Origin: a candidate division WOR-3 bacterium
GTDB lineage: Bacteria > Hydrothermota > Tepidihabitantia > Tepidihabitantales > Tepidihabitantaceae
Length of the DNA stretch: 64,000 nt
Assembly (NCBI GenBank): GCA_965649295.1
Contig: CBFGKH010000007.1
Location: 56,794-120,793, forward strand
Reading direction: 5' to 3'
The position numbers and the translations under genes are program-made. The notes beneath the pieces are model-generated. The model saw nothing but the letters and a program-made list of their open reading frames with translations. It ran no database searches and was not told the origin of the DNA. Positions 29,048-37,414 of the stretch are shown here, one piece after another (the stretch's first letter is position 1; every line of letters starts with the position of its first letter).

Positions 29048-29224
29048 CCTGACTAGAAAACCGCGACAGGGCGGTTCCGAGAGCAATTCTAAGGGTGAAC
29101 CCTGAGTTTAGCGATGAAAGACACGCAATGCCCAGCGCCAGCTTAGAATTGCAGAATCTAACAACTGTCAATCCTGAAACTCTGGTTCTCGACATCCCCG
29201 AATTACCTTCGTGCCATAACCCGC

Positions 29225-29252
29225 TTGACAGCGGACTATTGCATTCTAAGAT
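29225..29252 (+). promoter_or_regulatory. Promoter of the large secreted protein gene (~200-nt 5' UTR)
   Basis: TTGACA-16 bp-TAAGAT. Confidence 0.7.
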
Positions 29253-29461
29253 ACCGGCAGTTCCGCTACGACCAGTTGTGGAGTGCGCCACTGATTGGGC
29301 GACTGGTTGTGGTTCGGATTACATTGAGCTAACCGACCGCATATACCGCGCTAATGGTCAGGTCGTAGCATTCTGGGCTGAGTATGGCTCGGCCGGCAAG
29401 TGTCGGTCAAAGACACGCCAGACTCGCAACCGTAAGCGAAAGACCGAAGCAGGAGGCACTG

Positions 29462-32400
29462 ATGCGTGTAATCACAGCAATGCTTGCAGTGGCACTATTC
29501 TTGGTGTCGCTCGCGGGCGCACAAAACCAGGCGTTCTTGTTCAAATACCCTCGTTTCGTACAGGGTCAGGCAGGGACTGGAACTCCGGGGACCGGCGTTC
29601 CTTTTGCAGTATTGGGCGGTGCAAGAGCCGCTACAGCAGGCACTTATGCCTACAAACCGCGGTTGATTCTGACTACTGGTGCTGCAGCCCAGCAGATTAA
29701 TTGGGTGGACAGCACATCACCAACACCTTTCATTTGGGCGCTTGATAACATAGCATGGGCGAACTGTCCGACTTTCTATGTCCCGTCGGCCACTGGCGAG
29801 ACAGCCAAAGTTTGGGCAGCGGTGAAGTGTGCCACTACCACCGTTGGCGAACGTGATACGTTAAGGTTTAGAATCCGGATTGGCACCAGCAACATCGATA
29901 GTCCGAATCAGAACGATACTGTGAAAGTACTGGATATGACGTCATCGGGTAACGGTGGTTGGCTGACAGGGCATATTTACGCTCCCGGTCCTGGGGCGCC
30001 ACGTCAGAACTGTGTTGTCCTGGCGTTCGACGACGACATGTGCGTTGGTTCCTGTTTTACGGAGAACAACAAAATCATCGAAGGTTACGACTCAACCGAT
30101 GCAGGCTATTTTTACATGGCGGTCAGGGCGGGTACTATTGACTCACTCCAGGTGTATGCCCGGACAGAGTTCGTCCCTTCGCCGTTCTATACGCAGATAC
30201 CGGCGCCTTGGACCGTTGTTCCCGGAGGCACGACTTCAGTAGATCTCACTTTGGGCCCTACGATTACCGATGTGGCACGAAACATAGCTTGGCCCTACAG
30301 TAATGAGAACGTTAACGTCTGGGCGACAATTACTCCGCCGACTGGGGGAACGATTGACATTGCTCAGTTGCAGTACTCGACTGACGGAACCAACTGGACA
30401 TCCAGCGTCGCGGACTCAACAGCATCCGGCAATCCCAGCGTTTACTATTTCCATTTTCAGGTTCCAACTGCTGACTCGGTGCTCTACCGTATCTATGCCC
30501 ACAGCATCAATCCAGTGAGCGAGTCGTATTCATCGATAGTCAAGGTGATGATTCCGCTTGAACGGACGATTTACCAGATTCAAGGACAAGCTTCCTCCTC
30601 GCCACTTGTCGGCAAGTATGTCCACACAGCCGGTATCGTGACTGGAATCTGCGGCAAAGATCGGGTCTATATCGGCACGGCCAGCGGCGGTCCCTGGAAT
30701 GGACTGCTTTTCTACCGTGGCGCTGATACGATTACTTTGACCCTTACCCTTGGCGACAGTATTGATATTTCCGGGACAATTGCCGAGTTTCAGCAGCAGA
30801 CCCAGATTGGTTCATCGGTACGAACCGTACGGAACGGCACCAATCGGCCGTATGACACGACTCGCGTGAGTTTGGCGCAGGCGAAACTGGAAGACTACGA
30901 AGGCGTACTGGTTGAGGTTGATACTGTGCGAATGTTGCAGTCCGGCGTCTTTGCCGGCAACGGCACCTACCACTGTACAACTTTCGAAGGTCTAGATACG
31001 ATGGTTGTTTACACCTACCAGCGTGCGCCAATTGTCGGTCAACCGATTCCCCAAGGTTACCATACGCTGGTCGCCAACGTGGCAGACTATACCGGTGTTG
31101 GGCGAGAACTGGTGCCGAGTAACATCGGCGCTTTCACCTTCATCGCACCGGATGTGCAGCTCGCCAGCATACTAGCACCGGCCGAGACAGTGGTTGTTGG
31201 CGAGCCCTGCGTGCCGGAGGTGAACATCACTAACCTCAGCACAATCAACACTGCGGCCAACTTCACTACGCGGTTCACTATTGCGCCGGCGGGCGGTGGT
31301 GTTCCAGTTTATAACGTTCAGAGTGGCTTTGTTTCAGTCGCCCCAGGCGTGACGCTACCCGTTTTGTTCACGAACTGGAACGCTTACGACGGTGACTTTG
31401 CGATAAAGGCCTATGTTGAGTACGGCGCGGACCCGAATCGAAGTAACGACACGCTCGAAAGGCTATTGTTCGTTCGGACACGCGATGTCGGTGTCACGCA
31501 AATCAATTATCCTGCCGACACGGCATTCCTAAATGTTTCAGTCACTCCGCAGGTGCGTCTTGTGAACGCTGGCAATATCGTTGCAACGTTGAGCCTCCAG
31601 GTGACGATAACTGGTCCGGGCGGGATTGAGTATGACCGTACTGTTAATGGCATTGTGCTTGCGCCGGAACAGGTGCTAGACTACTCGCTGGCCGATGCTT
31701 GGACGCCTGCCAACGTTGGCGACTACGTTGCGTCAGTGAGCGTTACGACCGCCTACGATAACAATCTTGCCAACAATCAGGTGACGGAGAATATTCTCGT
31801 TCTCACTGGTCCCGCTTCGCCAGTTCTCGTGACACCAGCGAATCATGCCCAGATCAATGATCCAACTCCATTCTTCAGTTGGCAGACCTCGACTGGCGCG
31901 AACTGGTATCAGTTGCAGGTTTCGACCGATCCGGCATTTGTAGAACCATGCCTAATTGATGTCCAGCAGACCAGTACTACCTACGTACCAGTCGCTGGTT
32001 TAGCAGATGGCCAGTACTACTGGCGCGTGCGGGCGTCAGCTAACAACGGTTTAGATTGGGGAGCTTACCAAGCTGAGCCATTTGACTTCGAACTGGACGC
32101 CACTCCACCGGCCCCGCCGCAACTTGTGACCCCTGGTCCGAACGCTGTTGACGTCGCGGTGAATACCGTCTTTGACTGGGAGGCACCTGAGTTCAAGAGA
32201 ATCGGCGCCCAGCCTAACAGTGGAAAGTTCAAGTATGCAGGAACCGATGCAGTGGAGGCCTACCTCCTGCAGGTTGCCCGTGACGCTGGATTCAACCAGC
32301 TAGTCTATGACGTTGAGGTCCTCGGTGTCGTGACGGAATGGGCTCAGCCCGGGCCGACCTATCTGGACTATGGAACAAGATACTGGTGGCGAGTGCGTGG

Positions 32401-33727
32401 CGAGGACAACTTTGGGAACGTCGGCGACTGGGGAACAGGGACTTTTACGACTGTGACAAACGTTGTTCCGCCAGGCGGCTGGACCGCTCGTCCTGACACA
32501 ATGATTGGCGCCCCGGTTCGTGACGGCGGTGGCATCACCTACAACGCCGACAAAGGCTTGATGTACGCCATCAAGGGCGGCAAGACCAATGAGTTCTGGC
32601 AGTACAACCCGGTAGAGACGACCTGGACCAAGCTCACTGACGTCACCGCTGGCACCAAGCCGGTCAACAAAGGCGCAGCCATCACCACCGGCGGCGGGTT
32701 CGTCTATGTGCTGAAGGGCAACAACACCTACGACTTCTACAAGTACGACATCGAGGCTGGGACCTGGGCTGCCTGCAAGCCCCTGCCCAAGGCGCTGGAC
32801 CAGACTGCGACCCGGGGCAAGGCGGCCAAAGGCGGCGGCAGCCTGGCCTATGTCTATACTCGCGATTCGAGCTTCGTCTATACGCTGAAGGGCTCGGGCA
32901 CGAACGAGTTCTACCGCTACGACGTGGCCCGCGACACCTTCTTCTCACTGGCGCCCGCGCCATACAACACCAAGGCGAAGTACGACAAGGGTAGCTGGAT
33001 TGCCTACGACGGCAGCCGGTTCATCTACCTGATGCAGAACAAGTACAACGCCTTGTTCAAGTATGATGTCGTGAATGAGGCTTGGGTGACGACGCCGACG
33101 CTCGACCCGATGCCACTGGTTGGCCGGTCGGGCAAGTCGAAGAAGGTCGGCGACGGCTCGTGCGCGGCCTTCAACACGAACGACGGTTACCTGTTCGCGA
33201 TGAAGGGCAATAACACGCAGGAGGCGTGGAAGTACCTGCCTGGTACAAGCGACACCTGGGTCGAGCTCGAGACAATCCCGCAGGCTTATGAGGGCGGCAA
33301 GAAGAAGAAGGTGAAGGCTGGTGCCGGTGTAGCTTACTATCCGGCGACTCGCGTCTTCTTCGTCCAGAAGGGTAACAAGTCGAACCAGTTCTGGAAGTAT
33401 GTGCCTGGCTCAGTGGTCTATGCCTCTCGTCCGCAGCGTGAGGGCATCGCGGTCAGTGGGCTAACCAGCGTTGGCCACAGTCTGGCGATCGCACCGAATC
33501 CGCTGGCTGGCGGTCAGGCAGTAGTGCGCTACACCTTGCCGCGGGCTGGAATGGTGAGCCTGAGCGTCTGCGATGTCACTGGCCGCGTGGTGATGGAGCG
33601 GACGTTTGCGGCTGGCCGGACCGGCGTACAGAGCCTCGACCTGCGCGGGCTCTCGGCTGGAGTGTACCTTGTCAAGCTAGACGCTAGTGGGTTCACTTTG
33701 AGCCAGAAGCTCGTAGTCGAGCGCTAG
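29462..33727 (+). CDS. Large secreted modular protein (OB-fold-like, CARDB/Ig, FN3, Kelch-like propeller, T9SS type-A-like C-terminal tail)
   Basis: AGGAGG SD plus ATG 29462, signal peptide; IYQIQG..SSPLVG..V.T.GIVT; YYWRVRA; repeats of YxxKGNNTxxFYKY; tail APNP...VRYTL...DVTGR...LSAGVYLVKL...KLVVER. Confidence 0.85.
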   Translation: MRVITAMLAVALFLVSLAGAQNQAFLFKYPRFVQGQAGTGTPGTGVPFAVLGGARAATAGTYAYKPRLILTTGAAAQQINWVDSTSPTPFIWALDNIAWANCPTFYVPSATGETAKVWAAVKCATTTVGERDTLRFRIRIGTSNIDSPNQNDTVKVLDMTSSGNGGWLTGHIYAPGPGAPRQNCVVLAFDDDMCVGSCFTENNKIIEGYDSTDAGYFYMAVRAGTIDSLQVYARTEFVPSPFYTQIPAPWTVVPGGTTSVDLTLGPTITDVARNIAWPYSNENVNVWATITPPTGGTIDIAQLQYSTDGTNWTSSVADSTASGNPSVYYFHFQVPTADSVLYRIYAHSINPVSESYSSIVKVMIPLERTIYQIQGQASSSPLVGKYVHTAGIVTGICGKDRVYIGTASGGPWNGLLFYRGADTITLTLTLGDSIDISGTIAEFQQQTQIGSSVRTVRNGTNRPYDTTRVSLAQAKLEDYEGVLVEVDTVRMLQSGVFAGNGTYHCTTFEGLDTMVVYTYQRAPIVGQPIPQGYHTLVANVADYTGVGRELVPSNIGAFTFIAPDVQLASILAPAETVVVGEPCVPEVNITNLSTINTAANFTTRFTIAPAGGGVPVYNVQSGFVSVAPGVTLPVLFTNWNAYDGDFAIKAYVEYGADPNRSNDTLERLLFVRTRDVGVTQINYPADTAFLNVSVTPQVRLVNAGNIVATLSLQVTITGPGGIEYDRTVNGIVLAPEQVLDYSLADAWTPANVGDYVASVSVTTAYDNNLANNQVTENILVLTGPASPVLVTPANHAQINDPTPFFSWQTSTGANWYQLQVSTDPAFVEPCLIDVQQTSTTYVPVAGLADGQYYWRVRASANNGLDWGAYQAEPFDFELDATPPAPPQLVTPGPNAVDVAVNTVFDWEAPEFKRIGAQPNSGKFKYAGTDAVEAYLLQVARDAGFNQLVYDVEVLGVVTEWAQPGPTYLDYGTRYWWRVRGEDNFGNVGDWGTGTFTTVTNVVPPGGWTARPDTMIGAPVRDGGGITYNADKGLMYAIKGGKTNEFWQYNPVETTWTKLTDVTAGTKPVNKGAAITTGGGFVYVLKGNNTYDFYKYDIEAGTWAACKPLPKALDQTATRGKAAKGGGSLAYVYTRDSSFVYTLKGSGTNEFYRYDVARDTFFSLAPAPYNTKAKYDKGSWIAYDGSRFIYLMQNKYNALFKYDVVNEAWVTTPTLDPMPLVGRSGKSKKVGDGSCAAFNTNDGYLFAMKGNNTQEAWKYLPGTSDTWVELETIPQAYEGGKKKKVKAGAGVAYYPATRVFFVQKGNKSNQFWKYVPGSVVYASRPQREGIAVSGLTSVGHSLAIAPNPLAGGQAVVRYTLPRAGMVSLSVCDVTGRVVMERTFAAGRTGVQSLDLRGLSAGVYLVKLDASGFTLSQKLVVER

Positions 33728-33758
33728 ACTAGCGCAGCCCTCGGGCTGCCCAACCTTG

Positions 33759-33783
33759 CGGTGGCGGGCAGATGCCCGCCACC
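33759..33783 (+). terminator. GC hairpin after the large protein gene
   Basis: GGTGGCGGGC-AGAT-GCCCGCCACC perfect stem; U-tract weak. Confidence 0.55.
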
Positions 33784-33821
33784 GCAACTGGCAGATGGGT
33801 AATGGCTGTTGTTGTTTTCTA

Positions 33822-33849
33822 TTGACAGCCGGGGGTAGGGGGGTAAAAT
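33822..33849 (+). promoter_or_regulatory. Pilin promoter
   Basis: TTGACA-16 bp-TAAAAT. Confidence 0.75.
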
Positions 33850-33962
33850 TATATTGCAGACGAGACTGGGTGCGCCTTGAGCCGCGGCAAGAGCAGGCCG
33901 TGTCCCGAGGTAGCTCGGTTTCCCTGCTAAACTAAATCCACACAAGAGAGGAGGTGGAGTCC

Positions 33963-34562
33963 ATGAAGAATAAGGGCTTCACACTGATCGAACTGCTGGT
34001 GGTCATTCTGATCATCGGTATCCTGCTCGCCCTCATCATCCCGAACTTCGTGTTGTTCCAGGAGCGCGCTCGTCGCAGCTCAGTGAAGAACAACATGCAC
34101 ATCTTCCAGACGGCGCTCGAGGCATATGCCGTTGACCACAACGGTGCCTATCCGTCGGAAGACATTTCGTGGGCAGAGGATGAGGAATATGGTATCTGCT
34201 GCTGGTTCCCGGGCGGCGACCCGATCGGCGTCGGCGACGGCCCGATTCCGGGCAAGTTCCCGATCAACCCCTACAGCGGCGTCCGTTACGCTGACGGCGA
34301 TGACATGTTCTGCGACGGCGCGGCCTTGGAACAGGGAACCAACGGCTATACCACCACGAACGATGACTGCCCGTACGAAGGTCTTGAAGCCGACGGTGGG
34401 TTCCAGGGTACCATCTCTGTCCTCGGCTGGGGCTGGGATGACACCTATGACGGCTCGATGCAGGAGTATGGCATCGTTGGTTGGGGCCGCGATATCACGG
34501 ACCCGATGAACGACTACAACTCCGTCGAAGACATCCGTTCCTACTTCGTTCTCCACAACTAG
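33963..34562 (+). CDS. Type IV pilin/pseudopilin-like protein
   Basis: Prepilin site MKNKG|FTLIELLVVILIIGILLALIIPNF; GAGGAGG SD; strongly biased codon usage. Confidence 0.92.
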   Translation: MKNKGFTLIELLVVILIIGILLALIIPNFVLFQERARRSSVKNNMHIFQTALEAYAVDHNGAYPSEDISWAEDEEYGICCWFPGGDPIGVGDGPIPGKFPINPYSGVRYADGDDMFCDGAALEQGTNGYTTTNDDCPYEGLEADGGFQGTISVLGWGWDDTYDGSMQEYGIVGWGRDITDPMNDYNSVEDIRSYFVLHN

Positions 34563-34583
34563 TCGACCACCATCAACTAGTCA

Positions 34584-34611
34584 GGCGGGGCGCATTGCGC
34601 CCCGCCGCTTT
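34584..34611 (+). terminator. Intrinsic terminator after pilin
   Basis: GGCGGGGCGC-ATT-GCGCCCCGCC followed by GCTTTT. Confidence 0.75.
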
Positions 34612-34897
34612 TGTCGCTGCTTGGCGCTGGTTGTAGCTTCCGATTCTGACGTGCTATCTTGATGAAGAACAGCGGCAGTCTTTGTTCTTGAACCTCGGTA
34701 CCGCGTGCCGCCGATAAAAAAGAGTAGGTAGGCGTCGTCCGGTCCGACTGCTGCGATGCTTGTAATTGGCAGTCTTTACGCGTTGCTGATGCTAATCTTC
34801 TGATCCTCGGCACCAGCCGAAAAACTGACCATCAACGTCTGCCTGGCGCTGACACTGCCCTTAGGCTGTTCCTTGTCCGATCCGATGGCTGTAGGTG

Positions 34898-35716
34898 CTA
34901 TTCGAACGTCGCGAGGGCCGCAGGTAGTTGGTTGAGGGTGTGGATCGTTGCGTCGGCGCCGGCTTCGGCAGCTTCCATGCCGCCGCCCTGCGCGACAGGC
35001 TTGGTGCCAGCAGCGCCATCACGCCGGAGCCAGACGGTTTTCATCCCAACAGCACTGGCACCGGCGATGTCGTGCTTAGGGCTGTCGCCGACGAAGACCG
35101 CGTCGGCAGCGTCCACGCCGAGTCGCTCAAGAGCAATTGCAAAGATGCGCGGGTCAGGCTTGCGCACCCCGACTTCACGCGAGATGACGCGCACCGGAAA
35201 GTAGCTTTGGAGCCCAGAACGGGAGATTTTCTCACACTGGAGGTCGCAGGGGCCGTTAGTGACCGCGGCGAGCCGGTAGCGGTGTCTAAGCTCGTCGAGA
35301 ACCGGCAGTACGTCGTCGTAGGGCACGTAACGGTTGCGACGCTCGATTGGGTAAAGGCAGGCGAGTTGCTCAGCAAGCATCGGGTCAGCAACGCCGCAAG
35401 CAGCCAGTGCTTCGAACCAGACTTCGAGGCGGAATCGTGGGGCCCAGGCGCGGAGCTCAGTCATTTCGGCATCGTCGCCGGCGAATGTCGAGCTGAGCGC
35501 TTCCCACGAGGAAACATCAAAGTTGCCGTCGGCGGGGAAAAGGGGATGGGCACGGAACTTCTGGCGAGCGATGCGACGCACTGCCTGACGCAGGTCTTCG
35601 GGCGGCGTGTTGTGGATGGCGCGGGCATACTGGGCAACGGCAAGGATCGCAGCGTCGGCTGCGGCCTCGTCCGGCAGCAGTGTGTCGTCAATGTCGAAGA
35701 GGACGGCTTGCAGCAT
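34898..35716 (-). CDS. HAD-superfamily hydrolase
   Basis: FDIDDTL, VTNG, KPDPRIF, VGDSPKHDIAGA. Confidence 0.93.
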   Translation of the reverse strand: MLQAVLFDIDDTLLPDEAAADAAILAVAQYARAIHNTPPEDLRQAVRRIARQKFRAHPLFPADGNFDVSSWEALSSTFAGDDAEMTELRAWAPRFRLEVWFEALAACGVADPMLAEQLACLYPIERRNRYVPYDDVLPVLDELRHRYRLAAVTNGPCDLQCEKISRSGLQSYFPVRVISREVGVRKPDPRIFAIALERLGVDAADAVFVGDSPKHDIAGASAVGMKTVWLRRDGAAGTKPVAQGGGMEAAEAGADATIHTLNQLPAALATFE

Positions 35717-35755
35717 CAGTGATGAGCGGGCGATTGGAGCGTGGCCACTGCTCCT

Positions 35756-36187
35756 TCAGCCGAGCGGCTGGTGGTTGTCGTGGGGCTCGTGCCGCAGCAG
35801 GCCGAGCGATTCGAGTAGGTCGTGTACCTGCTGTTGGATGATGTCCCGAACCCGGCGATACTCCTCGATGCCCTTGCCGAACGGGTCAGGTATCTGCCAC
35901 TGGACAACTTTGGCACCGGGCAAGAAAGGGCAGTCAACTTCGCAGCCCATGGTGACGAGGTAATTGAACCGCAGGTCCGGCAGGTCAGAGAAGCCTTTCG
36001 GCCGGGCAGCGGAGATGTCAATGCCGACTTCGTTCATCGCGGTTACGGTGTCGGTTTGGACCTGCGCGGCCGGAGCCGAGCCGGCTGAGGCGCACTCGAC
36101 ATCGCGGCCGAGTACCCGGCAGAACGCCTCGGCCATCTGGGAGCGGCACGAGTTGCCGACACAGGCAAAGAGAATGCGAGCTGCCAT
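35756..36187 (-). CDS. arsC: LMW-PTP-fold arsenate reductase (copy 1)
   Basis: CVGNSCRSQMAEA, GCEVDCP, WQIPDP; own promoter TTGACA-16-TACACT-7 nt-ATG at 36195-36222. Confidence 0.88.
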   Translation of the reverse strand: MAARILFACVGNSCRSQMAEAFCRVLGRDVECASAGSAPAAQVQTDTVTAMNEVGIDISAARPKGFSDLPDLRFNYLVTMGCEVDCPFLPGAKVVQWQIPDPFGKGIEEYRRVRDIIQQQVHDLLESLGLLRHEPHDNHQPLG

Positions 36188-36241
36188 TAACGGGAGTGTA
36201 GTCAGGTGGCGGCTGGTGTCAACGACCGCGGCAGTTGCGGC

Positions 36242-36676
36242 CTAGGCCCAGGCGATGTCGGGGTCGGCAAGCCAGCGCCGGATGTGGGTTTCGATGTCGT
36301 CGCGGATGCGGCGAAACGCGGCCAGCCGTTCGAGCTCGGAGCCGCCAGCAAGGGCGGGATTCGGGACCGGCCAGACCAGCCGCGTCGTGCCACCCGGCCA
36401 AGTGGTTGGCTCCGGGTCAGCCGATTCGTTGCAGAGGACTATGGCCAGGTCGATTGGCTCGCCGCCGAGCGCAGCCCGGAACGGCTGCGGTTCGCGGCGG
36501 TCGAGGTGAATGCCAATCTCGGCGAGGACTTGGCGGGCAAGCGGGTGGACCTCTCTGCCAGGAGTGAATCCGGCACTGCTCACATTGTAGGTATCGCCGC
36601 AGTGGTAGCGGGCAATAGCCTCGGCAATGGGCGAGCGGCAGGTGTTGTCGGCACAAAGGAACAGCACGTTAGGCAT
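36242..36676 (-). CDS. LMW-PTP/ArsC-family protein (copy 2, lacks a resolving Cys)
   Basis: CADNTCRSPIAEA; LCNESADPEP instead of C..A...CP; WPVPNP. Confidence 0.8.
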   Translation of the reverse strand: MPNVLFLCADNTCRSPIAEAIARYHCGDTYNVSSAGFTPGREVHPLARQVLAEIGIHLDRREPQPFRAALGGEPIDLAIVLCNESADPEPTTWPGGTTRLVWPVPNPALAGGSELERLAAFRRIRDDIETHIRRWLADPDIAWA

Positions 36677-36736
36677 GCCTCAGTCTGACCGTGATGTACT
36701 AAGGCGATAGAAGCCGGTGGTCAGGCCCGTGTCAGC

Positions 36737-37177
36737 TCAGTTGGTACTGACGGTGGTGAGCCAATCGCGCAGCTTGGTTTCGATTGCATCGCGGGCAGCA
36801 CGGAACGCGGCGAGCTTTTCTTCCTCGCTGCCGGTGACAGTGGCCGGGTCATCAATCGGCCAGTAGATGCGCTCAGTGAGGTCTGGCCAGGCAACCGGAC
36901 AGGTCTCTGCTGCCTTTGCGCAGACAAAGATTGCCCAGCGTACCCGGACTTGCCCGAGGAACTCGCGGACGCTCTTGGGCCGCAGGCCTTGGGTGCTGAT
37001 GCCCTTCTCGGCAAGCACGCGTAATGCTAGCGGGTGGACCGCACTGGCTGGCTCAAGTCCGGCGCTGCGGGCATCGAAGCGATCGCCGGCCAGATGGCGC
37101 AAGAGCGCCTCGGCTAGCTGGCTGCGGCAGCTATTGGCTGTGCAAAGAAACAGAACGACGGGTTCGTTGTCAGACAT
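36737..37177 (-). CDS. arsC: LMW-PTP-fold arsenate reductase (copy 3)
   Basis: CTANSCRSQLAEA, VCAKAAETCP, WPIDDPA, FRAARDAI. Confidence 0.9.
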   Translation of the reverse strand: MSDNEPVVLFLCTANSCRSQLAEALLRHLAGDRFDARSAGLEPASAVHPLALRVLAEKGISTQGLRPKSVREFLGQVRVRWAIFVCAKAAETCPVAWPDLTERIYWPIDDPATVTGSEEEKLAAFRAARDAIETKLRDWLTTVSTN

Positions 37178-37269
37178 CAAACAGCAGTTTGGGTTTGGAT
37201 TGTCAGGCCAGGATTAGTTTCCGGTAAGGAACAAGTCAGGGATAACGGGGCGTGTGCCGTGTCTGGGTC

Positions 37270-37297
37270 TTGTCGTGGCGGTTGAATTCGTTAGAAT
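37270..37297 (+). promoter_or_regulatory. Promoter upstream of the fluoride riboswitch
   Basis: TTGTCG-16 bp-TAGAAT. Confidence 0.6.
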
Positions 37298-37309
37298 GAT
37301 AAGCAGTGC

Positions 37310-37357
37310 GGGGATGGAGTCCCCCTGAAACTGCCCGCTGGGCTGATGACTCCTGCA
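37310..37357 (+). ncRNA. Fluoride riboswitch (crcB motif)
   Basis: GGGGATGGAGTCCCCC-TGAAACTGCCC-GCT-GGGCTGATGACTCCTGC matches the crcB consensus GGnGATGGnGTTCnCC...AAC.GC...GCTGATGACnCCT, including the GGAGT/ACTCC pseudoknot. Confidence 0.9.
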
Positions 37358-37414
37358 AGGCCGTGATGCACTGACACACGGTTGTTCGGTAAGCGCTAAT
37401 TTACGGAGGACTTC

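Noticed and set aside
29095..29700. 201-aa ORF as the missing PurH C-terminal domain
   Set aside because: No AICAR-transformylase motifs (e.g. LRYGENPHQ); it overlaps a promoter and the next gene.
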